A stretch of DNA of 64,000 nucleotides from Octopus sinensis (lineage: Eukaryota): NCBI RefSeq assembly GCF_006345805.1, contig NC_042999.1, forward strand, positions 72,664,001-72,728,000. The letters run 5' to 3'. A model generated the notes under the pieces. It made no database searches. It saw only the letters and a program-made list of their open reading frames with translations, and was not told where the DNA came from. A program made the position numbers and the translations under genes. Of this stretch, positions 27,565-39,745 are shown one piece after another; the first letter of the stretch is position 1, and the number at the start of each line of letters is the position of its first letter.

Positions 27565-27750
27565 AGTTAGTTAGTTAGTTAGTTAGTTAGTTAATTTGGC
27601 TCAAAAGCAAATAGCAAGGCCATGTAGGGGGACATGGAGTTAAGTACAGGGTGGTGTTCATGTAAAGAGTTCAGGCCACTTGAAGTCCAGGGAGGCTTTG
27701 AACAAAGCGGTCGTCGGCATCTTCACCATCTCGTCTGGCAGCTTGTTATT
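27565..27750 (-). mobile_element. CR1-type LINE 3' end with (TAAC)n tail
   Basis: NKLPDEMVKMPTTALFKASLDFKWPELFT*, then 3' UTR and TAAC repeats. Confidence 0.7.
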
Positions 27751-27769
27751 CTCTTTAAGTGAACATTTT

Positions 27770-28040
27770 TCTGGTTGAAATACACCGAAACATGGCGACA
27801 CAGCAGTCAAAAAATCTTTAAAAAGGGGGATTTTCATAGAAAAAAAGCACCTTTTTGATGAAAATAAGTTTTCGTCTTAACATGGTCAGATTTGAATTTT
27901 TTCTTCGACGGAAGGAAGAGCAAGCCTTCTTCTATCATACTCTCAATGTTGGTCAACTTGAGCCGCTAGGTCTCGGAGGAGATAGTGTTAGTTGAAGGCT
28001 ACCAAACTTGCCACACACACACAGACAACTTCAGCTTATG
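27770..28040 (+). mobile_element. Possible second HINE-like 3' portion
   Basis: Similar terminal layout (GGAGGAGATAG...ACACACAGACAAC); weak. Confidence 0.3.
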
Positions 28041-28853
28041 TTATCCTATCTACTCGGTCTTCTACCACTCTGACAAACACAGAAAGAAACGTTCGACCAA
28101 TTTCTAAACCTTCTACAAACAAATAAAAAAAAAAACGGAGTAACTTTCAGTTTGCAATCAAAATCTATATTCTGTGTCCTTTGTGATTAAGATTGAAAGG
28201 TTGCTACAATATATGCAAGTTAAACGTCGTCCGAAATACACTGCATTTGTAATAGAATGGGTAATGTTGTCATCGTCACTATTGATGCTGATGTCTAAGA
28301 TGCATTTGTTCTTTTATCATTGATCAAATATAAATTTCAATCGTTGTTTATATTTGTTTGAACAATTTCTCTCTCTCTCTCTCCGCTTCGCCCACTCTCA
28401 TTCCTTCCTCGCTCCCCCTCTCTCACTCTCTCTCCTCTTTCTCTCCCCCTCTCTCTCTCTCCCTTTATATTTTCCTACACTCATTCTGTTTCTTTCTTTC
28501 TCCCACACGCTCCCACATTTATGTTCCTTTACATTCATTCCTTTATGCTCAGTTTCACAATTTTCTTTTAATCTCTTTGCGTTCTACTCACCCTATAACT
28601 CTTTATTTTATTCTTCTTTCTTACACTCTAAGTGAATATGTGCATAATTGTATGCATGCATGTATGTATGTATGTATGTATGTATGTATGTATGTATGTA
28701 TGTATGTATGTATGTATGTATGTATGTATGTACGTATGTGTGTGTATGTATGTATTTATGTTCGTATATGTGTGTGTATGTACGTATGTATGTATTTATG
28801 TAAGTATATGTGTGCATGTATGTGTGTCTATATTATGTATGTATGTATATATA

Positions 28854-28924
<71 letters not shown>

Positions 28925-29013
28925 TATTCTTTGTTTGTGGGTTAACAAGACAACTAATGATTTCATGTAAACAGTTGTTAGTAGCGTATGTGTGAGTGTG
29001 TGAGCATGCGTGA

Positions 29014-29079
<66 letters not shown>

Positions 29080-29403
29080 GTGTGTGTGTGTGAGTGTGTT
29101 TGTTTGTTTGTATGACTGTTCATGGCACCTAAGCCATGCATGAACTATAGACAGTAAATTCGTCAAACTGTAGCATTTATATACATACAGTGTTCTCTGA
29201 TAAGGCAGGCTTAGTCAGAACAACTACTACGTAATCTCGAGCTCCCGGAAACAGCTGTCGAGTTAAAAAATATGCATTCTTTCTTTAGTTTTCTGTATTT
29301 TTTATACTCCGTGTAAAAGTAAATTTTTTGTCGATATATATGAATATATATATGCTTGTACGTGTGTTTATCTTCTGAATATATTTAGTTTTTGCATAAT
29401 AAT

Positions 29404-29439
<36 letters not shown>

Positions 29440-29537
29440 CGGGAAGCTTTATGAAAATAAACAAAAGACGAAGGCAGGTGGAATACAAACAAACAATTGT
29501 ATTAGTATGGCGCTCAGGAATATAAATAAAACAAGTA

Positions 29538-29571
29538 TTTTACGTTTCGAGCCTACGCTCTTCAACAGAAA
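29538..29571 (-). ncRNA. Hammerhead-like motif, A6U family (tandem unit 1)
   Basis: Minus strand UUU-CUGUUGA-A-GAGC(GUAG)GCUC-GAAACGUA|AAA; palindromic ACGU helix III, extra A after A9, A6 replaced by U. Confidence 0.45.
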
Positions 29572-30175
29572 GATACACAGAAAAGAAACACGGAGAGAAA
29601 CAAGGAGAGAAAAAAAATGTGTGCAGAAGCTAGCGAACCAGCATGGCGATCTGAGTGTGTGAGCATGCGTGAGTGAGTGTGTGTGTGGTGTGTGTGTGTG
29701 TGTGTGTGTATGTGTGTGTGTGTGTGTGTGTGTGTTTGTTTGTTTGTATGACTGTTCATGGCACCTAAGCCATGCATGAACTATAGACAGTAAATTCGTC
29801 AACTGTAGCATTTATATACATACAGTGTTCTCTGATAAGGCAGGCTTAGTCAGAACAACTACTACGTAATCTCGAGCTCCCGGAAACAGCTGTCGAGTTA
29901 AAAAATATGCATTCTTTCTTTAGTTTTCTGTATTTTTATACTCCGTGTAAAAGTAAATTTTTTGTCGATATATATGAATATATATATGCTTGTACGTGTG
30001 TTTATCTTCTGATATATTTAGTTTTTGCATAATAATAATAATATATATATATATATATATATAATATATATATATAACGGGAAGCTTTATGAAAATAAAC
30101 AAAAGACGAAGGCAGGTGGAATACAAACAAACAATTGTATTAGTATGGCGCTCAGGAATATAAATAAAACAAGTA

Positions 30176-30209
30176 TTTTACGTTTCGAGCCTACGCTCTT
30201 CAACAGAAA
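30176..30209 (-). ncRNA. Hammerhead-like motif, A6U family (tandem unit 2)
   Basis: Identical to 29538-29571, 638 bp downstream. Confidence 0.45.
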
Positions 30210-30491
30210 GATACACAGAAAAGAAACACGGAGAGAAACAAGGAGAGAAAAAAAATGTGTGCAGAAGCTAGCGAACCAGCATGGCGATCTGAGTGTGTGA
30301 GCATGCGTGAGTGAGTGTGTGTGTGTGTGTGTGTGTGTTGTGTATGTGTGTGTGTGTGTGTGTGTGGTGTGTGTGTGTGTGTTTGTTTGTTTGTATGACT
30401 GTTCATATATATATATATATGCAAAAACTAAATATATTCAGAAGATAAACATACGTACAAGCATATATATATTCATATATATCGAGATTAC

Positions 30492-30536
<45 letters not shown>

Positions 30537-31313
30537 ATCCCTATATATGTATGTGTGTGTTTGAGTGTGTGCGTGTGTATGTCTGTGTATGAGTGTATCG
30601 TGTTTGTGCGTTTATATCATGAAACCTAATCGTGTTTGCTTATATCACTATCTCCATACCAACTAACCAAAGTCTATATGAATTGAACAATTAAAAGGCC
30701 GGAGAGAGTTAATTTCGGATTCATATATGTGCGTGCGTGAGAATACAATGTGTGCTGAGTGTGTGCGCGCGCGCGTTCGTGCGTGTGTTTCTGTGTGTAT
30801 GTATGTGTATGTGTTTGTGTAAATATATACGTAATATGTATACGCATATATGCACACATACACACACACATTTGTGCGTGTTTGTGCTCACGCGTTTGTG
30901 CACGCGTATGTGTGGTGGGAGTAACAAAATTTATAGAAATTTAACAAACCTTCTTCCGAAGCATTGCGTTATTTTCGCAAATAAATTTCTTCAACCAGTG
31001 TTGATTGAAGCAGTTTTTCGCTTTGCTGCCCAATAATTTTTTTCGGTTCGTAGTAAGTACTCTATACACTATCATCATCACGATCAATGAAAGAAAGACC
31101 TACTCATCTATGCTAATGACTATTGTTTTGACCTATAAATTTCAAAATTGGTAGCATTACTCGTAATATTTTTTGTAAGATTTGTAAATGGATTGAACTA
31201 CTTTTCTAGAACGAAGATATCAAACAATCCCGATGAACCGATAACCAAGCAAAAACTTATCGAACTGTCTCTTTGTTTGCATATAAAACATTATAATTTA
31301 ACAAGTGGTTATA

Positions 31314-31685
31314 TAGGCGCAGGCCTGGCTGTGTGGTAAGGGGTTTGCTTCATAACCAGGTGATTCTGGGTTCAGTCCTATGGCATGGCAAGTATCTTCT
31401 ACAATAGCCTCGGCAAGTATACTCTATACACTATCATCATCACGATCAAAGCTTTGTAAGTGGATTTGGTAGATGGAAACTATGTGTGTGTATGTGAGTG
31501 TTTCTGTTTATTAGTACCACCACCAACAGGTATTGGTACATTTATGTCCCCATAACTTAGCGGATCGGCCCAAGACACCGCTAGAAATAAGCATCGGGCT
31601 TAACAAAAAAATTCTTCCACTAAATGTTCTACAAGGCGGTGCCCCAGCATGGGTGCCGTTTAAGAACTGAAACAAGTATAAGCAT
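31314..31685 (+). mobile_element. SINE family B carrying a 33-bp locally templated insert
   Basis: Head and tail recognisable; 31415-31447 is identical to 31055-31087. Confidence 0.8.
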
Positions 31686-31829
31686 AATGTATATATGCCT
31701 TTTTTCCGTTTGCTGTATATGGTACTAGTGTCTGCATCTGGAAAGTCACACTCAGATCTTAAAATCGTGCTGGAATGTATGTGCTCTTTTAAACGTGCCA
31801 TGATCCGTTCCCCCTGAGCCCTGTACCGC

Positions 31830-32940
31830 TTTTATATGTAGTGAATTACTTCGATATAGTTGCACTCTCAGGAACAAGGATTTGCGATGACAGCCAGTCA
31901 GAAGAACCAGTTTTGCTACACCATATTTGACAAGGGGAGGTCAGACAATTTACGTCGAGAAGAAGCTGGTATTAGTTTCACTGTTAAAACGCACTTAGTG
32001 TAACATTTGACAGAGCTTTCTCATGGTTTCTCTAAACGTATACTGACACTACGGTCGCAACTTAGCTCGAAGCAATTCATGACAGTGATTAGCTTTTATG
32101 CGCCAAATTTTGTCAGTCCCTAGAATGAAATCAGTAGCATTTATGGAGATTTGAGAACAATTCTGAGGACTGTTGATAAAAAAGACAAACCTGTACTTTT
32201 CGAGGAACTAAATGCTCGTGTTGGGCGTGATTCTGAACTTTGGAGTTGCATGGGAAATCACAGAATGGGAAAGCATAACGCAGATGGGCCACTCCTATTA
32301 CAGTTGTGTCAGGAATTAGACCTAGTGATAACCAATACTTAGTTCAAGCAAAAATGCTAAGTATAAGGCTACTTGGAAGCATCCACGTTCAGATCACTAG
32401 AACACTCTCGATTAAGTAATTGTCCAAAGAAAAGACTTACCAGATGTAAAATCTGTCCGGTACATGCGGCGAAATGAATGTTGGACGGACCATAGGCTTT
32501 TGCCTGCCTGCTTGCTTGCCTGCCTGGCTGCTTGCCTGCTTGCCTGTCTGACGATCACTGTCCGTAAAAGGCTGAGGTGCGGCTGTACCAAGGCATTTAA
32601 GCAGATTCATATTCCTAAATTAAATTTCCCAGAAAAGCTTGGACAATACCAAAAAGTGGTTCAAGAAATCGATCTAAATCACAACGGTGATCTATGTGTA
32701 GGTTTTAGTAAAAAAGCTCTATGAAGCTTTTTCCACTACGCTGGCATTTTTTGAAAGAACGCACCATGTGAATGAGGGACTTGTGACAAAGCTGTTGGAA
32801 GAAAAAATCGGCTGTCGCTCTCTTGTTCACTGCTAAGACATGAACAGGAAAAAGATTTTAAAGAGGGTAAGACTAAGGTCCAGCGAGAAATGTGACAGCA
32901 AAGGAACTGTGGTGGAGAGAAAAAAAGCCCGCGAAATTCA
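31830..32940 (+). mobile_element. RTE-clade LINE endonuclease fragment
   Basis: ELNARVGRD...GKHNADGPLLLQLCQELDLVITNT, TWKHPRS, MRRNECWTDHRL. Confidence 0.8.
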
Positions 32941-33133
32941 GGTACCCATTTGGACCTGAGTGAAATGAACCTAAGAAGTTGTATTACTCGGTCACGAGTC
33001 GATTTCGACCATAGATGTGTGTTTTGTTATTTTTTACTTTTAATGTTCCGTTTGACTACTCACACACACACGCACACACAAACATACACGCAAAAACACA
33101 CAACACTCGCATCAATATACATGTGTATATATG

Positions 33134-33171
<38 letters not shown>

Positions 33172-33545
33172 ATATCTGTATGTGGACATAAATCCATGCA
33201 TACATACATACATACATACATGCATGCGTACGTACATACACATACATACATACGTACGTACGTACGTACGTACATACATACATACATACATACATACATA
33301 CATACATACATACATACATACATACAGCATACATATGTATGTATCCACACCCTTGAGATAGTGTCAACCATTGTAACTCTATCAATGCTAAATCTCGACT
33401 AGTTTCCTGCAGTCAGTGAGTGCATTTGTCTTTCGTCCATATCACCAATATTTCTTTTGTTGCTGAATAACAACGAACGCACACACACCACATATATATA
33501 TATATATATATATAATATATATATTATATAATATATATATATATA

Positions 33546-33642
<97 letters not shown>

Positions 33643-33646
33643 TGTA

Positions 33647-33830
33647 GTTGGAATTTACAAAAAAAAACCAAAAGACGAAGAGGGGTGTGTAAACAACAAA
33701 CAGATGTATTAGTTTTACATTCGGGGAGTGAGAAGGTATTTTACGTTTCGAGCCTATGCTCTGCGACAGAAAGGAACACAGAAGTAAACGGCGAGAGAAA
33801 TTTTAAAAAGGTTTAGCGGCTAGCGATCAG
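33647..33830 (-). mobile_element. Same ~190-bp family; hammerhead-like motif at 33739-33772
   Basis: Minus strand TTT-CTGTCGC-A-GAGC ATAG GCTC-GAAACGTA-AAA; between (TA)/(TATG) microsatellites. Confidence 0.6.
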
Positions 33831-33842
33831 TATATGTGTGTG

Positions 33843-33937
<95 letters not shown>

Positions 33938-33982
33938 GTGTGTATATATATATAATATATATGTATATATATATATATATAT

Positions 33983-34048
<66 letters not shown>

Positions 34049-34062
34049 GTTTATATATATAT

Positions 34063-34100
<38 letters not shown>

Positions 34101-34133
34101 CTTTATTTAAAGCAGCAGAAAATTCAACAAAAC

Positions 34134-34171
34134 CTGTTACTCTGAGTTTCACGTTCCCGTTCGTCGGACAG
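34134..34171 (-). ncRNA. Minimal type I hammerhead-like motif, U4C core variant
   Basis: Minus strand CUGU-CCGACGA-ACG(GGAA)CGU-GAA-ACUC(A)GAGU-A|ACAG: 4-bp helix I, 3-bp helix II, quasi-palindromic helix III, GUA triplet; lies in an ~80-bp island inside (TA)n. Confidence 0.65.
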
Positions 34172-34461
34172 TTACTCCGGTATATATATATATATATGAC
34201 AAAGTAGATGTTATCAAACATTCTACATTGAAAATACGTCAAAACGGAAACGGATCCTATAAAATTCAAATGTTCACTGGACAAATTTCTTCAAAAAATC
34301 CCGGACCAACTTCTTACACCCGGATATGTCGCCAACAATAATAAATCTTTGCTAGAGTGGGCAATGGTGCCCCATATATGACTAAAAGACTTCACCAGGT
34401 GGTGCTATTAAGTTAGACATGGCCTGGGCTTATACTGGCTGAAATTTATCAAAGTTATACA

Positions 34462-34505
<44 letters not shown>

Positions 34506-34643
34506 ACATATATATGTAGGTCCCGGGTTGATTCGGGGTTAACCACAGTAAATAAGGTACTCAATACATAGCAGAGTAAAATTAATTTATTATATAGAAG
34601 GAGCTTCTACAGGACTAGAACTGTTTATATATTATATATATAT

Positions 34644-34695
<52 letters not shown>

Positions 34696-34762
34696 ATATA
34701 TATATAATTATATATGTATATATATATATATGTATATATATTATATATATATAATATATATA

Positions 34763-34822
<60 letters not shown>

Positions 34823-35397
34823 ATATATATTGTGTGTGTGTGTGTTGTGTGTGTATATATATGTATCGCTATGCATGTGTAGGCGTACTTATATGTGAGC
34901 GTATTTGTATACGAAAGTGTTAGAGATTGTGCGCATTTATGCATGTGAGTGTATGTTTGTGAAAGTATATGTGTATACGTGTTAAACGTATCGACGGCTT
35001 TAGAGCTGCGTTCATATTAATTATAAGTAACAATGGTGGGTAGGAGTAAAGTATATACAAAACACATTCACATACAGTGAGAGAGAGAGGCGGGGCTCAT
35101 ACACATGTGTGTATGCATTTATACACGAAAGGAAGAACAGTGATTCCTGACAAAGGTAGAAGATGAGAAATGTAGTTGAAAGGACACCGATGAAGTGCTG
35201 TTCTGCCTGGTGCATGAATTGTGTTCAGTTTATAGGAAATTCCAATCGGAGGGTTCGTTTATTTCATTTTCCATGAGGGGCATAGAATCTGAAGTTTCGA
35301 CCCTTATTCATCGTCTGTAGGTGAGTAAAGGAGAATATGAGGTGTTGTAGCTTGGGAATATTGACTGGACTCCTTCATAATTTGAACTCAGGACGTT

Positions 35398-35601
35398 CGA
35401 GGGGACGTTGAAAAGTTCCTAGCTTTGGTTAAAAGAAAATACAGGAGGATCAGTTAATTATGGTTTTATTTAACATATTCCCCTCTCAGATTCACATACT
35501 TATTGCAGCGGTCCTTCAATTTTTATAAGTCCTGTAAAAGAACTCGGTCGGTTGGGCCTTTTGTGACTCCCACAAAGCCAGGAACTTTTCAGCACACCCT
35601 C
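35398..35601. mobile_element. mariner-type MITE, second copy in opposite orientation
   Basis: TIRs GAGGGGACGTTGAAAAGTTCCTAGCTTT / AAAGCCAGGAACTTTTCAGCACACCCTC. Confidence 0.75.
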
Positions 35602-35703
35602 AAAAAGAGACAACTTAAGTGTACTGCAAGGCTTTAGAAATACGCAGAGACTATGTAAAAGCCACTTGCGGTCGGATCGCAGATCTCTATAAATAGCAGC
35701 CCG

Positions 35704-35748
<45 letters not shown>

Positions 35749-35759
35749 TATTCATATAA

Positions 35760-35960
35760 TGACACACGTGCTTTTCTCTGAAGTACTTGCTCCTTTCTCT
35801 TTTCCCTCCTCTCTGGACTTTTTCCTCTTACTGACGACGATGAATGCTCGAAACGTCACTTCTACTTCTATTTTTCCATTTTAAACTCTCACTGAGTGTT
35901 AGTCTAATGTATTCACTGTGAAGGTCTAATGACATTTGTTGTTTTTTCCTGTTTTTTTTT
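35760..35960 (+). mobile_element. PLE-terminus-like remnant with hammerhead core boxes at 35831-35857
   Basis: CTGACGA...GCTC GAAACGTC in a pyrimidine-rich context like the other families; helices I and II broken. Confidence 0.4.
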
Positions 35961-35973
35961 ATTCATGATTTAC

Positions 35974-36006
<33 letters not shown>

Positions 36007-36078
36007 TGTTTATATATACTATGTTTATATTTTGCAGATACCAAAGCAAATGTGTAGTCGGCCAGACTTGAAATTACG

Positions 36079-36108
36079 ATGGAAAATAAAGAACTGAATG
36101 CAATATAA
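36079..36108 (+). promoter_or_regulatory. Short uORF (MENKELNAI*) in the putative 5' UTR, in frame with the main ORF
   Basis: ATG GAA AAT AAA GAA CTG AAT GCA ATA TAA lies between the acceptor at 36038 and the main ATG; function inferred only. Confidence 0.35.
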
Positions 36109-36207
36109 AATTCCGAAGAAAGAAATATATATAGAAAGAAACAGAGATACATATACATCTATATATTTACGCCTGTGTGAACGTTTAAACGGATTGCCCA
36201 AACCACC

Positions 36208-38080
36208 ATGAATGACTGCGAAAATATGCTTAATCGCAGCGCATTGCTGCAAAATGCCATCAAGAGACGAAACTTCTTACATGATGGCAGTTGTGTCAAA
36301 TTTCCATATGGACAACGAGATATGGACAGTTCGATTACCTCCAACAGCACTGTCAACAGTGCCACTATTGGCAACGGTAACAACGTTGAAGACGCTAGCA
36401 CCGATAGCAACGACAGCGTTAGCATCGTTAACAACACTAGTGAAATGGACAACGCTGTCAATGGTATCAACGGCAACGTAAACACGGCTAGCAACAGTAG
36501 CGACGTTAGTAAAGAACACTCAAATTGCGACCCACCTTACATGGTGCCCTTCCCAGTTCACCCCGATGCCATCATTGTCAAAAAGCCCCTCTGTCGTTTG
36601 GACTATTCAGCTCGAAACACTGCCATAGGTTCGCTACCTACATGTAATTCGGACCTGTGGACTGTGCCAGAACAAGACGACGGCGATAATGAAAACGATG
36701 GTGATGACGATGATGATGCTGCTGATGATGATGATAAAAATTATGATAATTGTGATTCTGATTACGATAATGAAAACGTGGTAGGGAATGGAATATGGTG
36801 GGCGCTAGAAAAGAAAGAAAACAACCGTTTAGTTGATGTGAAGGGAAGCGAGACGGAGACAGTAAGAGAGGGAGATAGAAGAGGAGGTGATGGTGTTTGT
36901 GTCGAGAGGGAAAAGAAAAATAACGAGAAAGAAAAGAACAACAGCAGTAGTGGTGACGAGAAAAGCGACGGGGGAAACATAACGAAAGAGGAAAGTAAAG
37001 CAGGTTGGCAAGAGGATGGGGAGAAGGGAAGGAAGTGGGAGGCTACACGAGAAGTGAAGGAAGAAGGAGAAGCGCAGGAGAAAAAGAAGGAGGAAGAGCA
37101 AGAGGCGTTGACACCGAATTGTTATTCTTCAAATGAGTATGAATTCGAGACAGCGAGTGAGGGAATAGGTTTGCTGGAAGTTAAGGTCGAAAAACAGTTG
37201 TGCGGTACTACTGTTCATAGTCCCACGATGTTACGTTTGACTACGACAACCGCGTCATGCAATGATTCAGCACCTACAAATGTAACTTGGTCAGATCCTT
37301 GTCGAGACCAATCATCGGACACCAAAAGACAGGGAAATAACTTGAAGAAAATCAAAGAAACAACTGCAATGCCTAAACATCTGGAAACGGATTTCAATAC
37401 AGAGAACCACTGTGATGAAAATGTACCTTTAATTGAAACGGTTACATCCCAGCAGCGAGTTAACGACCCAGCACTGGCGGCGCTTCCATCACCGTTGCTA
37501 CCATGTCCGCCCTCGCTAGCACTGCCTCTTGCAACCCATTCATCGCCTGCTCCTTCAATTCCCCCGCATTCTAATCATCCCAAACATCATCATCATCAGA
37601 ATTTTCCTCAACAACAGCAAAAGCACAAACAACAGTCCCATGCTCATTTTCTTCTTCCACCTGAAGCTAATCTAACGGTCTCCACAAATTCAGTTCCATC
37701 ATGTGGCAACAATTCCCCCGTTTCTACAGTTTCTGCCTCTTCTACTACTACTACTTCTTCTTCTTCTTCCTCTTCTTCTTCTTCTTCTCCTTCTTGTCCT
37801 TCTTCTCCCAAAACGACGCACTCTTCTGTCGTCCAAGAAGACAAACCCACAAAAGAAGAGGACCCTTTCCATACGGAAGTTCTTGATTCAAACCCTGATT
37901 ACCCAACAACAGGCCATTCCATCAATGATATCATCAAGATGTCCCTTGAGGATTATGTGGTACTAAAAGACGAAGAGAACAGACGTCTCTCCGTAGAGGT
38001 GATACCCACCGCTAACAACAAACCAAGGCAGAGTTACTCTAAGATGGTCTTACAGAACATGATCAATGGAACAGAAAATG
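36208..38080 (+). CDS. Large first coding exon (~624 codons) of an unidentified protein; long intrinsically disordered N-terminal region
   Basis: 657-codon non-microsatellite ORF; ATG in ACCACCATGA context; upstream acceptor TTTTGCAG|A at 36037/36038; strong donor AATG|GTAAGC at 38080/38081 (phase 1). D-rich, K/E-rich, P-rich, H/Q and S/T tracts. No downstream exon identified in the window; no recognisable domain. Confidence 0.8.
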
Positions 38081-38345
38081 GTAAGCAAAATCCTTTTGTT
38101 GATATGTTCTTTTGTTTGCTTTGGAGTTTTTTGTGGTGCTTTTTGTTGTTGTTTTTTTTTTTTGCTTTTTTTGGTGAGTGAAGGGTCTCTTACTATTATC
38201 TTCAAAACATTCTAATGGTAATGTATATATGTTACTGCATGTCTGTGTACCTATATGTCTATGCAAGCGTCGCATATGTGTACGTGTGTGCGAGCGTGCA
38301 TACGCCTGTATATTGGGTACATTGGTATGCATATTTGTCTGTGTT

Positions 38346-38376
<31 letters not shown>

Positions 38377-38998
38377 AAGAGAAAGAGAAAGAGAAAACGA
38401 GAGAGGTCCAAGTGTATAATGTAATAAAATAAATCCAGCCGTAGTCCGGACGATCTGCGTCAACTTAATGATAGAATATACAAATCCCGAGAAAGGCAGA
38501 AGACAACAAAACAACGGGCAAGAATATAAAATACATAATTACATTGAGAAAATCACAGAGAAGACTATAGGCGCGTAAATCCGTAGCAATTAATGGTTAT
38601 CTATATCAGGATCACTTTGAATACCGGGTTATATGAATTTTATTCGGCAGCAATGGGTGTCTATATCTGGACGTGTCTGTATGTGTAATGTACGTATAGG
38701 TATGCCTTGTTTCAACAGATATGTTAGCATGTATGTATGCATCATGTGCATGCGTGTGTGCTCCTCTCAGCGCGTGCCTTTGTGTTTAAGTGCTTACATC
38801 ATGTGCATATACGTCTACTCACAAATCGCAACCAGGCTCCTTTGTTTTTCAGTTTTTTGACATCAATAAAATAGGCACCAGCCAATAAAACTATAAAATA
38901 AGCACAGAGTTCCAAAGCACTCAAATATACTCTAAAAGGCGGTACCCGGATTTGGCCTTAGTTCTATTACTTAGATGAGTTTTTAAAAATAATAGTGT

Positions 38999-39675
38999 TT
39001 GAATATTTACACCCGTAAACAGGTCACAGGATTAAAAATACAAGTACACACATGTGTGAGCGCGCGAACCCATCTCGTGTATCTGCATGTATGTTTTAAA
39101 TATGTACTTTCCCCCCGTTCTTTGTGTGTATGAGACTATCTATATACCTTCGTTTATGCGTATATGTCTGTTGAAATATGTTTGTGTATAAGCATATATC
39201 CTGTATAGTATATCTTAGAATATCATAAATATTTGAATTATTTGAACACGTGCTTCAACGTATTTATTACATATAACATACACACATATATGTACATTGC
39301 ATCCATAAGAAAGAGAAAGAGGAGGCGTGTATATATATATATATGTGTGTGTATAACACACATATATACATACACGTATATATTCTCTGTCTCCTTTTTC
39401 TCTTTCTTAATATGTGTGTGCATGTGTATGAATGTATGTATGTATATACATACATATATATATACACACATACACTGTTTCTCTCTTTCTCAATAAGTGT
39501 GTGTGTGTATATACATAAACACACACACACATACACGCGTGCGCGCACATACATGTTCTCCCTATGTGACTGCGTGCGTGTGCGCGCACGTGTGTGTGTG
39601 TGTGTGTATGTGTGCTTATAGTATGTGTGTACTTGTATTTTTAATCCTGTGACCTGTTTTTATGTACATATTCAA
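38999..39675. repeat. Intronic inverted repeat with a perfect 37-bp core
   Basis: 39017-39053 is the exact reverse complement of 39623-39659; imperfect extension to 38999/39675. Confidence 0.85.
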
Positions 39676-39699
39676 GCATAAAACATTAAGAAATATGCA

Positions 39700-39704
39700 T
39701 GTGT

Positions 39705-39745
<41 letters not shown>

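Larger units (their letters stand above)
28993..30494. repeat. Tandem array of ~650-bp units (2 full plus 1 partial) ending in an inverted segment
   Basis: Unit starts at 28993, 29652 and 30290; 30419-30485 is the reverse complement of 29331-29397. Confidence 0.9.
33060..34865. repeat. Large (TA)-dominated microsatellite field containing two hammerhead-bearing islands
   Basis: Direct reading. Confidence 0.9.

Noticed and set aside
35688-35694. TATA-like TATAAAT upstream of the large exon
   Set aside because: Followed by microsatellite and TE remnants, and the exon has a splice acceptor, so the true promoter is probably elsewhere.
38081-38181. Hydrophobic transmembrane-like C-terminus of the 657-aa ORF
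   Set aside because: Lies after a strong GTAAGC donor and is T-rich intronic read-through.
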